A stretch of 64,000 nt of DNA from contig JAHHIK010000009.1 of the NCBI GenBank assembly GCA_019358935.1, positions 1 to 64,000 on the forward strand. Direction: 5' to 3'. Positions 53,403-61,815 of the stretch are shown here, one piece after another. The notes beneath the pieces are model-generated. The model saw only the letters and a list, made by a program, of their open reading frames with translations. It had not been told where the DNA came from and did no database searches. The translations under genes were made by a program, and so were the position numbers. Numbering within the stretch: the stretch's first letter is position 1; every line of letters begins with the position of its first letter. Source of the DNA: Tolypothrix carrinoi HA7290-LM1 (GTDB taxonomy: Bacteria > Cyanobacteriota > Cyanobacteriia > Cyanobacteriales > Nostocaceae).

Positions 53403-53663
53403 TTAAGTAATCTCTTCTAAGTCGTATGAATATTCTCCTTCTAAATACTCATTTTTAGTCTTAATAAGTTTGTGATACGTTTTTTCTAAATTGCTGATTA
53501 ATTCTTGAAGAACTAGCGTGGTTTCAGTAGTGAAAGTTAGACTCACTGTTGTGCCAATTGAATTATGTATTGCGACTGTTTGTTCATCTGGACTACCGTA
53601 CACTGTGACGCTACTTTCTTTTCCAGGAATAAATCTGTAGGATGTGATTGTCTGAATTGTCAT
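53403..53663 (-). CDS. Hypothetical protein
   Basis: 86-aa co-oriented ORF. Confidence 0.6.
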   Translation of the reverse strand: MTIQTITSYRFIPGKESSVTVYGSPDEQTVAIHNSIGTTVSLTFTTETTLVLQELISNLEKTYHKLIKTKNEYLEGEYSYDLEEIT

Positions 53664-53892
53664 TTTACTTCTTGGCTATTTTGGTTTTTTTTGCAACATA
53701 TTGTTGACTAAATTAGTGATATTACTTAGCTTTAAACTAGCTAGTTTGCACTTGCTTACAGCATCTTCTAACTTCCAACTCTTGCTATTCAAGTATTTTG
53801 TAGCTAATGTGCTTCTCTCATATGGGAAATAGGTATGTTATATACCTATTCCTATTTTCGTCAACCTGCCAGTATACAATGCGTTTATAATA

Positions 53893-54029
53893 GACCTGTC
53901 CGCAAATAAAGCTCAAAATAGCTGAAACCCTTACATAGCTTACTTTTTAGCTCAGGGAAGAGAGAAAACTCTAAAACCCTCTCCAGAGCTAGGTTTCAGG
54001 CAAATAAAGTTATCATTTCCGGATAAGTC
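53893..54029. mobile_element. About 137-bp MITE
   Basis: TIRs GACCTGTCCGCAAAT / ATTTCCGGATAAGTC flanked by TAATA direct repeats (53888-53892, 54030-54034). Confidence 0.7.
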
Positions 54030-54036
54030 TAATACA

Positions 54037-55098
54037 TTAAGGCTTGTATATTTTGATGATGCGGGTGGCTACGCTTGTGGGGTTATTTGATTGCAAAAAG
54101 GCATCTTTGGGTAGAGACTCATCATATAAATTCCAATTTTCTAGCCATTCTTTAAAATCCTTATATTTATTGTTGAAGAATACTGACTCTGGAACTATTG
54201 CTATCAGGATTCCTCCTGAATGAATTAACTTCCACGCATGGTAAATATGTTCAATTAATTGAGAGAAGGGAGGGTTCATAATGATATGAGAGTATAAATT
54301 TTCGGCTGTACAACCTAGAAAATCTCTACCTACTAAGTTGAACCCTTTCAATTCGAGGATTCTACGTAGAGTTGGGTTAATCTCTACTACTTCTAAATTG
54401 ACTTGATGATATTTATTGAGTATGGATTCGGCAATACAGCCAGAGCCAGCGCTGGGTTCAAGTATGCGAGAGCTTTCATTAATTTCTGCTAACTGAATTA
54501 GGCGATCGCAAACAGGAGGTGGGCTGGGGAAGAAGTCTCCAGACTTCATTCCAATGATTTTTAACTCCAGCCGATTTAGCTCTTGTTGAGTAGTATTAAC
54601 CTTATCAGGTTTAACAACTTTCTGAATTTCAGCTATCGCAGACATAATCTCGCCTGCGGTGCAAATACTTGCGCGGTAGAGAGACTTTATCCTATCTTGA
54701 TAATACTCATTGGAGAGAATTTCTTCTACCTCTTCGAGAGTCCTTGCTCTTTGAGAGATTTTGTACAGTGCTTCTGCTTGGGACTTTTGGGAGATGCCCC
54801 GCAGCACTTCGGGGGTATTTCCCACAAACCACATTTGGGCTATAGCAAGTAACCAAGATTGGATTGTTTGTAGTTCTACTCCTTCGGCGATAATTGATTG
54901 AGCGATTGTTTTGCGGCGTTTGGTTGCCCGCTGTTTGTTTATGGCAGGATTGAGCTTATTGTCAATTGATTGTTGCATCGAGGTGGCAAGTTCTTGCAGT
55001 TTCGCGGCTTGCTTCGGGTTGGGAGTGTTGAGATTGAAGGTGTAGATTTCGCCGGGGGTTGTATGTTCTGGGATTATTTTAAAGAGCGATAGTTGCAT
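54037..55098 (-). CDS. SAM-dependent (probably N6-adenine DNA) methyltransferase, N-terminal MQLSLF
   Basis: DFFPSP, LEPSAGSG (motif I), MNPPF (motif IV). Confidence 0.85.
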   Translation of the reverse strand: MQLSLFKIIPEHTTPGEIYTFNLNTPNPKQAAKLQELATSMQQSIDNKLNPAINKQRATKRRKTIAQSIIAEGVELQTIQSWLLAIAQMWFVGNTPEVLRGISQKSQAEALYKISQRARTLEEVEEILSNEYYQDRIKSLYRASICTAGEIMSAIAEIQKVVKPDKVNTTQQELNRLELKIIGMKSGDFFPSPPPVCDRLIQLAEINESSRILEPSAGSGCIAESILNKYHQVNLEVVEINPTLRRILELKGFNLVGRDFLGCTAENLYSHIIMNPPFSQLIEHIYHAWKLIHSGGILIAIVPESVFFNNKYKDFKEWLENWNLYDESLPKDAFLQSNNPTSVATRIIKIYKP

Positions 55099-55399
55099 TT
55101 TCTTGTAGATCCTTGAGCGCGCATTTGACAATGAGTGATTCTTCTGTACCCCAGACTTTTATTTCCCAAGGAGTATTTAGGCGTTCGCTTGGGCGAATTA
55201 CAGCTTTAGTGCATTTGTCCTTACGGGTTATCCATACAAGGAAGCTTTCGGCTTTTTCCTTAGAGTTAAACCCAAAGTAGGTAGTTTTTCTTACTCCCGT
55301 AGGGCTGGTAATGGTGGCGACTCGCGGAGATAAAATGTTAAATGTCCAACCATCGGGGGTAAGTTCAACTTTTTTGACTTTAATTTCTGGGGAGTTCAT
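55079..55399 (-). CDS. Hypothetical protein
   Basis: 106 aa, overlapping both neighbours. Confidence 0.75.
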   Translation of the reverse strand: MNSPEIKVKKVELTPDGWTFNILSPRVATITSPTGVRKTTYFGFNSKEKAESFLVWITRKDKCTKAVIRPSERLNTPWEIKVWGTEESLIVKCALKDLQENATIAL

Positions 55400-56070
55400 A
55401 ATTCAACTTCAGGAATGGCATCTAGATATTCTTTAGTTGTAATTTCCCTATTCATCCACTTGTGATGGATGATTTCTAAACTTTCTTGCTCAACTTCTTG
55501 TTGAATTTCCTCTACCGCAAACTGTGTAATAATAGACAACAGTCTTTCTTTGAAAGCTATGTGTTTTACTTCTGAATAGGTGAATTGGTAAATATCCGCT
55601 GTGTTGACGAACAAGTAGATTAGATTAATTTTTTCCGCTGGTAATTGGGTTTTCTCATAGAGTAAGAATAATCTTAGTTGAGTATGAAATGAATTCTCTA
55701 AAGACTGAAAATTTGATGGTTTTTGGATAGTCCAGTCCAGTGCAATTACCTGTTGTTCCTGATAAATGATTAAGTCATAATTAGCGTGGACTAACTGTGA
55801 CTTGTAGAGATACTGCGCTTCGGCATTCCATTGTTTGTTACCAGGAATTTCTAGAAATGGTAGCAGCACTTTTACCCACTTGCCTAATTGAGGATATGCC
55901 TTTAAGAATGGTTCTACAGGTAGTCCTAGCCCAATCTGCTGCATGATGATGTGAAACTTGCCACCAAGTTTTTCACCTTGGCTAATTGGTGATGTACGTA
56001 TGGTGTTTTTACCTGAACTTTTACTTTCACATTCAAGCTTTTCTAACAGACTTGGATTAAATCTGTCCAT
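55396..56070 (-). CDS. PD-(D/E)XK nuclease-fold protein, possibly degenerate
   Basis: G.KFH..MQQ, YDLII, ALDWT (usually DWK), QLRLF. Confidence 0.6.
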   Translation of the reverse strand: MDRFNPSLLEKLECESKSSGKNTIRTSPISQGEKLGGKFHIIMQQIGLGLPVEPFLKAYPQLGKWVKVLLPFLEIPGNKQWNAEAQYLYKSQLVHANYDLIIYQEQQVIALDWTIQKPSNFQSLENSFHTQLRLFLLYEKTQLPAEKINLIYLFVNTADIYQFTYSEVKHIAFKERLLSIITQFAVEEIQQEVEQESLEIIHHKWMNREITTKEYLDAIPEVEL

Positions 56071-56134
56071 AATAAAAATCTGTCCTAAAAAATACTCAGG
56101 ACAGATATGTGTTAACTGTTGTGGTTGTTTTTAT

Positions 56135-56968
56135 TTAGACAGTGTGATATTTATCTAAGTTTTTAACTGTGGTTTGGATACTGCGACAAGACATAGAAAT
56201 TAGGTTGAAGTAGCTAACAAACTTGCTTATTTTTCCTATTAGGGTTAACTCTAATAGGTATTGGGATGCAATGGCTGATGTCATGCGGTTTATGAATAGA
56301 GTTTGGTGATTAAGTATTTGAATTTCCGCACACGAGAGGTTGTTGCTGCTAAGTTCTTCAGGCTTTGGGATTAGTAATTCGGGATGTACCAGCGCTGGGG
56401 ATGGTAGGTGTTTCCAGAATGCGGGTTTATCTGGGTTATTGGAGGCGGTTACAATATTGAAATCAGCGTGGGTTCCTAATATAACTTGTCCTGATAGTGA
56501 ACTGTTACCGCAGTCTAGCCAGAAGAAGTCAGCTTGTTCGCGCGGGCTGTTATATTTTAAACACGAGTGAATTTGTGCCCTGGCGGCAGCATTGTCCACG
56601 CAGCCGATGATAATTGTGAGGGTATTCCACTTGTAATTTTCTACATGGTTAGGGGAAAACCAATCTGAAATTGCTGTTACTACTACCCCATATTTGGCAC
56701 TGCACCTGGTGGCTAGACATTGTGCTTTGGGAAAACTTATCTCAGATGGTTGGTAATTTTGGCGTGCGATATTTTTAGGTTCGACGCTATCTCCATCGAT
56801 GATGGTGAGGTTAGCCTTTTTCTCGTTTTGCTGTAGCTGTACTATGAGGCGGCAAACATCTTCGGCAAGATACCCCCCTGTGCCACCAGCCCCTACTAAA
56901 ATAAAATTTACTTTGCGGTGGGGACGGGGGAGAACGGGTAAGAAAAATTCTGTGTCGATTTGTATCAT
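56135..56968 (-). CDS. PRTRC-type ThiF/E1 adenylyltransferase
   Basis: GAGGTGG, DGDSVEPKNIARQ, GCVDN, WLDCGN, LSCAE. Confidence 0.92.
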   Translation of the reverse strand: MIQIDTEFFLPVLPRPHRKVNFILVGAGGTGGYLAEDVCRLIVQLQQNEKKANLTIIDGDSVEPKNIARQNYQPSEISFPKAQCLATRCSAKYGVVVTAISDWFSPNHVENYKWNTLTIIIGCVDNAAARAQIHSCLKYNSPREQADFFWLDCGNSSLSGQVILGTHADFNIVTASNNPDKPAFWKHLPSPALVHPELLIPKPEELSSNNLSCAEIQILNHQTLFINRMTSAIASQYLLELTLIGKISKFVSYFNLISMSCRSIQTTVKNLDKYHTV

Positions 56969-57537
56969 AACTCAAATATCAAATTAGGGTCAATTTCAAT
57001 GAAGTGGTTGTATGCCCCTACGCGGGTGTAGATGGTAGGCTTTTTGTCAACTGTGCCGATAATTCCAAATATGCGGAACTTTCCTGACTCCTCTTGGTTG
57101 TCTTGGTTGCTGGGGATTGCTCTCATACAGCCGTGTGAGTGGATTTCAACCAATGTTTGGCTGTATCTGAGGTTTGTATTTTCCAGCGAGCGCACATGAG
57201 TTGAGGATGCTTCTTGTGCTGGTGTGTGACACCACCATTGGCTATTTGCAACCCCCAAATAAAAAAGGATTTCTTGATGGGGATTAATCCGCGCAGCATT
57301 GATGATGTCTGCAATTATGCTTGCTGGCACTTTTGGTACATTTAACTTGAAATAGGGTTGTATTTGTGCCAATCCTATTATGTGGGTATGGGCGATTTGC
57401 AAGCAGATTTCTAATTCTGGGCGGTGCGATCGCGCATATACTCCATCAGATGCAAGCCAGTATTCCTGAAGTTTTTGGCTCTTTGGGGGAAGGTTGTGAC
57501 TGACAGCGTAGTTATAGCTGATGAAGAGGTTATTCAT
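56965..57537 (-). CDS. JAB/MPN metallo-isopeptidase (PRTRC protein A-like)
   Basis: E...EIHSHG....S..D..EE JAMM motif. Confidence 0.9.
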   Translation of the reverse strand: MNNLFISYNYAVSHNLPPKSQKLQEYWLASDGVYARSHRPELEICLQIAHTHIIGLAQIQPYFKLNVPKVPASIIADIINAARINPHQEILFYLGVANSQWWCHTPAQEASSTHVRSLENTNLRYSQTLVEIHSHGCMRAIPSNQDNQEESGKFRIFGIIGTVDKKPTIYTRVGAYNHFIEIDPNLIFEL

Positions 57538-58246
57538 GTTGGAATAGATACTTGGGTATATCGTTTGGCGTTTTGATTGTTTGATACTCTCTAGCGACTA
57601 ATTCCTTTGCTGGGAAGGATTTTGTGGTTCGTAGGCTGATCAACAAGTCGCAGACATTGTGGGGGTGTGATTTTGATTTGTTTTGGCTGAAGTCTTGGTT
57701 GAAAGGGCTGTTCCAGAACAATTTCCAGGTTTTATTGATTGAGTCGGGATTACAAGCAGGTGGGATGTTCCTACCGAAGCAAATTTTATTTGAGTCGTCC
57801 CAAATATTTGGTAACGGCGCTTTGTATAATTGACAATCCTGCTTGAAGGTTCTTCCTTTAACTGCCCATAAGTAGTAGCTGCTGTTGCATCCAGCGAATA
57901 TAAATGCTGGCATGGGAATAGTTATTGTATTGTTTCCTTCTGGAGTTTGTATTGAGACTGAATATTTTTGGGGCGGGTAAAATTGAATAATACCTTCTCC
58001 ATTTGGTGTTATTTCCCACCACAGCGTATTGGGAGATAACCATCCTGAATTTACAGTTTTGGCTGTAAACGCTTTTTCCACAGCTTCAGGCGATAGAAAT
58101 TTATGCTGTGTTTTATTACCTTCTTTTTCTATCAGTACAAACTGTCCTTTGAGAATGATTAGATGCCCTAAAATTTCCTGCTGTGGAATGTTATTCAGTA
58201 TGACTTGAGTGTTTAATCCTGTATTTATATGGCAGCTTGATTCCAT
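57530..58246 (-). CDS. Prokaryotic E2 family D protein (PRTRC protein B-like)
   Basis: LYKAPLPNIWDDSNKICFG with catalytic-position Cys; FWNSPF. Confidence 0.88.
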   Translation of the reverse strand: MESSCHINTGLNTQVILNNIPQQEILGHLIILKGQFVLIEKEGNKTQHKFLSPEAVEKAFTAKTVNSGWLSPNTLWWEITPNGEGIIQFYPPQKYSVSIQTPEGNNTITIPMPAFIFAGCNSSYYLWAVKGRTFKQDCQLYKAPLPNIWDDSNKICFGRNIPPACNPDSINKTWKLFWNSPFNQDFSQNKSKSHPHNVCDLLISLRTTKSFPAKELVAREYQTIKTPNDIPKYLFQHE

Positions 58247-58947
58247 ATTTTGACTACCTTCTTTCGATTGGCTATTGATACTTCTATCCAGTCTGATAAC
58301 TCTTCAAATTGGTTTAATATGATGCTGGCTTCTTGCCATTTATCGGCGATCAGTAATACATTTTCTTCACTCCACTCCCACCAATATCCAGTTTCATAGG
58401 TTGTGTCTAACCAAATATTGCCTGTTGAATAGTCGAGAACACTCAGGCTAGTTACTAAATATTTGATTGGTGATTTTAACTTGTTACAGATTTTTACAAG
58501 TTTTTGAAAGTCTATATTTTCCACATCTGCTATATAATCAGGTTTAAACCCAAATTCTTCTTCCCAATATTCAAGGCTATACCCACTACCCATAACCGAG
58601 AGTAAGAATTTTTCGCTTGCCTCTAAATCTTCAAGGTTTTCATTCCACCATTCAAGTCTTTGTGGTAATATAGCTATACTTTCATACTCTCCGTATGTTT
58701 CTATTTCATCAATAAATTCAACTGGAAACAAGTTTGAATTTACTAGGTGAATAAATTCAATTTCTCTATCTGAATATATGCAATCAGGATGTGTTTTTCT
58801 GTTTATAGGTGTTTTTGACTCATACCATTCTTCTGCAAATAGTTTTTGATATAAACTGAGTAAACTTGCTTTTTGAGAGAAGTTTTCCAGATAGGTGATT
58901 GCTTCTGTACAGGTGATGGGTATTTTAAATAGTTCTAGTGATATCAT
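58225..58947 (-). CDS. Acidic hypothetical protein in the Ubl cassette (positional equivalent of PRTRC protein F)
   Basis: 240 aa between the Ubl and E2 genes, overlapping the E2 start. Confidence 0.65.
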   Translation of the reverse strand: MISLELFKIPITCTEAITYLENFSQKASLLSLYQKLFAEEWYESKTPINRKTHPDCIYSDREIEFIHLVNSNLFPVEFIDEIETYGEYESIAILPQRLEWWNENLEDLEASEKFLLSVMGSGYSLEYWEEEFGFKPDYIADVENIDFQKLVKICNKLKSPIKYLVTSLSVLDYSTGNIWLDTTYETGYWWEWSEENVLLIADKWQEASIILNQFEELSDWIEVSIANRKKVVKIWNQAAI

Positions 58948-58991
58948 GATGAACGATAACTGCCGCTAGTGTGGATAGCGGCGTTGCTTAA

Positions 58992-59414
58992 CTACAATAC
59001 GGGATAATTGCTGGATGCAGGGGGTTGTTGTCCGAGGGACTTAAAAACCTTATCTGTATATGTTTCCCAGTTTTCCCCCATTTTGATTGTCTGATTTATT
59101 TGTGAGCGCATACTAATTAAAACTTCTAAAGTTAGTTGATTTTTTATTTCTAGAAGCTTCAATTCCCAAGCTAATACAAACGCTGGGTTAATTTGTTCAG
59201 ATGCTAATTTGAGTTCTGTGATGCAATTACCCTTGGTTCCAGCGCGTTTAACAAGTCTTATTTCGGTTGTTTCTCCTGTAGTTGTACGAGTAATTTCGGC
59301 ATTGGCATATTCTGGAAAATAAGTGCTGATTGCCAGTCTTAGCTTGTTGTCATCTATTGCTGTATTTGGTGGGATAGGAACTTGCTGCCCTTCGATAATA
59401 GCGATATAATTCAT
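58992..59414 (-). CDS. Ubiquitin-like protein (PRTRC protein C-like) with C-terminal extension
   Basis: STYFPEYANAEI and LVKRAGTKG ending at residue 62, followed by 78 more residues. Confidence 0.8.
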   Translation of the reverse strand: MNYIAIIEGQQVPIPPNTAIDDNKLRLAISTYFPEYANAEITRTTTGETTEIRLVKRAGTKGNCITELKLASEQINPAFVLAWELKLLEIKNQLTLEVLISMRSQINQTIKMGENWETYTDKVFKSLGQQPPASSNYPVL

Positions 59415-59419
59415 GGCGA

Positions 59420-59869
59420 TTAGAATAGTGAAAGTTGTTGTTTATCCGACTCGTTTGGATGGAAGTTATTAGATAAATCTCGTTTTTGTACTTGTTTACG
59501 CTCCTGAGATTGATTAATATGATTAAGAGCAATCTTTCTTTTTTCGGCGGCTTCAATAATTTTAGGTAAGGCTACCTCTAATTCTTGAATACTTTCTTGA
59601 ATGATGGTTTGTTGGGTTATTTCCTGATAGCTAGCATTTTTGATAATGGGAGGTGCATTTTTAATACCAATGGAGAAAATAGCCTGTTGCTCGTCTGGAT
59701 AAATTTGGATGGTTATTAGATAGACTTTAGGGTTTGATATGCTGTTGCTGTTATCTTCATAATCATCTGTTTCATCACTATCTTCTAAGCTATTGTTGTT
59801 ACTAGAATTCAAATCACTACTGTAACTAGCTTTGGAGTTAGTTACACTTTCTTGCTCTTGATTGTTCAT
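59420..59869 (-). CDS. Hypothetical protein (PRTRC protein E-like position) ending QLSLF
   Basis: ATG at 59869 overlaps the PrimPol stop (ATGA); acidic N-terminus. Confidence 0.75.
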   Translation of the reverse strand: MNNQEQESVTNSKASYSSDLNSSNNNSLEDSDETDDYEDNSNSISNPKVYLITIQIYPDEQQAIFSIGIKNAPPIIKNASYQEITQQTIIQESIQELEVALPKIIEAAEKRKIALNHINQSQERKQVQKRDLSNNFHPNESDKQQLSLF

Positions 59870-60834
59870 GAGAGGTTGGCAAATTTTGCAAGGGTACGAA
59901 TGGTAATGCCTGTTCTGCGGAAAGACTGCCATTTGTAGGCACATTCTCCTGGTTTGTATTTGGGTGATAGTTGACTCCATATGTCCCAGGCTTTGAGTAA
60001 GGTAGGGCTGACTGATTTAAGTGCCATTCCAACTTGAATCCAAGTTGTATAGTCAGAAGCGAACCTGGGGTGTATGACTTCTAAGAATGTAAGTGCAGCT
60101 TGAATATTGGTTTCAATATCGGGGTATAAGTTTACGCATCTGTTTGCCTGATGTGTGCGGTTAGATTTTTCTTGGAGAGAACTCGATGGAGAGTGAATTA
60201 CCCTTTCCTTCTCCTGCTTTAATAGCATTTGGGCTACTACCCAATCTGGTGCGTAAGCAACTTGTTTTTCTTGCGGACTGCAACCGGGAACCCACCGATA
60301 GTATCTTCCTTCTGGGTGGTAGGAAGGAGGTAAAACTGACGCATGATTTTTACCTCTAAACTCCAGATTTGAGATTTTGCTGGACTTGATTGATGATTTT
60401 TCAGTGATTAAGTATAGAAGTTGGCGCTTGTATTCACCTCCAGAGGTGAAGGCGACAGTCGCCGGGAGGTATGCAAGTGCGCTTTCGTATAACTTTTGGG
60501 GAGAAATTTTGTCTATTTCACCCTCTTCTAGTTTTTTGTTGAGGATTAGAATTTGACCCCAGGCGCGGAATCCGTCGCAGTCGATAGCGACGATGTGTCC
60601 TTCGGGTTGGTTATCGCCGCAGACAATAGCAACCCCAGTGGCAGGTGTATACCTCTTCCCCGACCAAATTTTGCATCTAGTACGAATGAGTTCGGCTTGT
60701 AGCTGTTTGGGTGAGTAAGTTTTATACTGCCATTCTTTTCCCCCCAGAGGTCGCTTGCCAAATGTGGGTATAACCCTCCATCTGTCGGGTAGTGTTTCCA
60801 GGGACGAGATAATTTTACCTGCCTGGGCGTGCAT
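59866..60834 (-). CDS. Bifunctional primase/polymerase (Prim-Pol) with PriCT-2 domain
   Basis: KRPLG..WQ, VAIDCDG, LEFRG..SVLPPSYHP; DYTTWIQVGMALK..WDIWSQLSPKY..C.YKWQSF. Confidence 0.9.
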   Translation of the reverse strand: MHAQAGKIISSLETLPDRWRVIPTFGKRPLGGKEWQYKTYSPKQLQAELIRTRCKIWSGKRYTPATGVAIVCGDNQPEGHIVAIDCDGFRAWGQILILNKKLEEGEIDKISPQKLYESALAYLPATVAFTSGGEYKRQLLYLITEKSSIKSSKISNLEFRGKNHASVLPPSYHPEGRYYRWVPGCSPQEKQVAYAPDWVVAQMLLKQEKERVIHSPSSSLQEKSNRTHQANRCVNLYPDIETNIQAALTFLEVIHPRFASDYTTWIQVGMALKSVSPTLLKAWDIWSQLSPKYKPGECAYKWQSFRRTGITIRTLAKFANLS

Positions 60835-60940
60835 GATTTCATTTGATTCCTACTAGTTAACTTTAGTAACTAGATGCATGAGCTTTTGGTGGTGGTTAGC
60901 TGTATTTTGGGCAAGCAGTTATTACTACTTGCCCTATGTT

Positions 60941-61672
60941 TTAGGCTAATCGTTGACTAAGAGCATTTTCCACTTGATAAGTTCCAAGAGTGCAGTTTGC
61001 ATCATAGGGGAAAGTGGGAAATTCCGGGAATTTATTTATAGCTTTTGTTACCCTACACATCACCATTGCTCCCTCCCTTCCCTTTTTGTTTAGTAAGTGA
61101 TGATAGCTGATGACTTCAAATTCATTGTTACCTGCTTCAAATTTGCTTTTTGCGTGTAGGGAAATAGCCTTTTCCCAATTGGGTTGCCATGACATAAGGG
61201 TATTGATTGCTTTTTCTCTAAATGTCGTGTTATCCATGTAATTAAGAATATCTGATACACAACTCTCCCTTTTAGCTATAACTTCGCGAGCGTAATTAAT
61301 TAACCAGTATTCTGCTTCTTGAAGTAGGGTGCGTGATTTTCTATCCAGGCATATTTCGTCATGGCTTTTTGCCATTACATATGCCCGTTGCTCAAAAACC
61401 ATACCGTTAAGGCGCATTTTTAAATCAGATGGATAAAAGGTCATCAAATCAGCTAATTCATCACTAATTGCAGGTAAGGGATATTTGATCGGGGGATAGA
61501 TTTTGACTTGATATCCTAAATTTACTGCATGTTCAACTATTAGGTGAATATCGGATGCAGGGATACAATCACCTATTTGGTAATTTTTATCCAGAAGTAA
61601 ATATGTTGGCGCATGAACAATTTGGAATTTTTGAGGTGATTGTTCGCAGTCAGGAACTAGCTCTACGTACAT
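60941..61672 (-). CDS. Hypothetical protein
   Basis: About 243-aa co-oriented ORF (TTG at 61684 is an alternative start). Confidence 0.75.
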   Translation of the reverse strand: MYVELVPDCEQSPQKFQIVHAPTYLLLDKNYQIGDCIPASDIHLIVEHAVNLGYQVKIYPPIKYPLPAISDELADLMTFYPSDLKMRLNGMVFEQRAYVMAKSHDEICLDRKSRTLLQEAEYWLINYAREVIAKRESCVSDILNYMDNTTFREKAINTLMSWQPNWEKAISLHAKSKFEAGNNEFEVISYHHLLNKKGREGAMVMCRVTKAINKFPEFPTFPYDANCTLGTYQVENALSQRLA

Positions 61673-61815
61673 AATACTAACCAAATTATTTTTTATTTGG
61701 TTAGGCGTTAGTTAGTGTCGTGATTTTGCTGTTGCAGTGTTGTGTAAAATTTCTTATAAAGCTAATAGACTTCATATAAAAAGTTCTGCTCTTAATGTAT
61801 AGAGCAGAACTTGTT

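Noticed and set aside
56135..59414. CBASS, Bil or sulfur-transfer (ThiS/MoaD) interpretation of the E1-E2-JAB genes
   Set aside because: No CD-NTase, effector or cofactor biosynthesis genes; gene order and motifs fit the PRTRC type.
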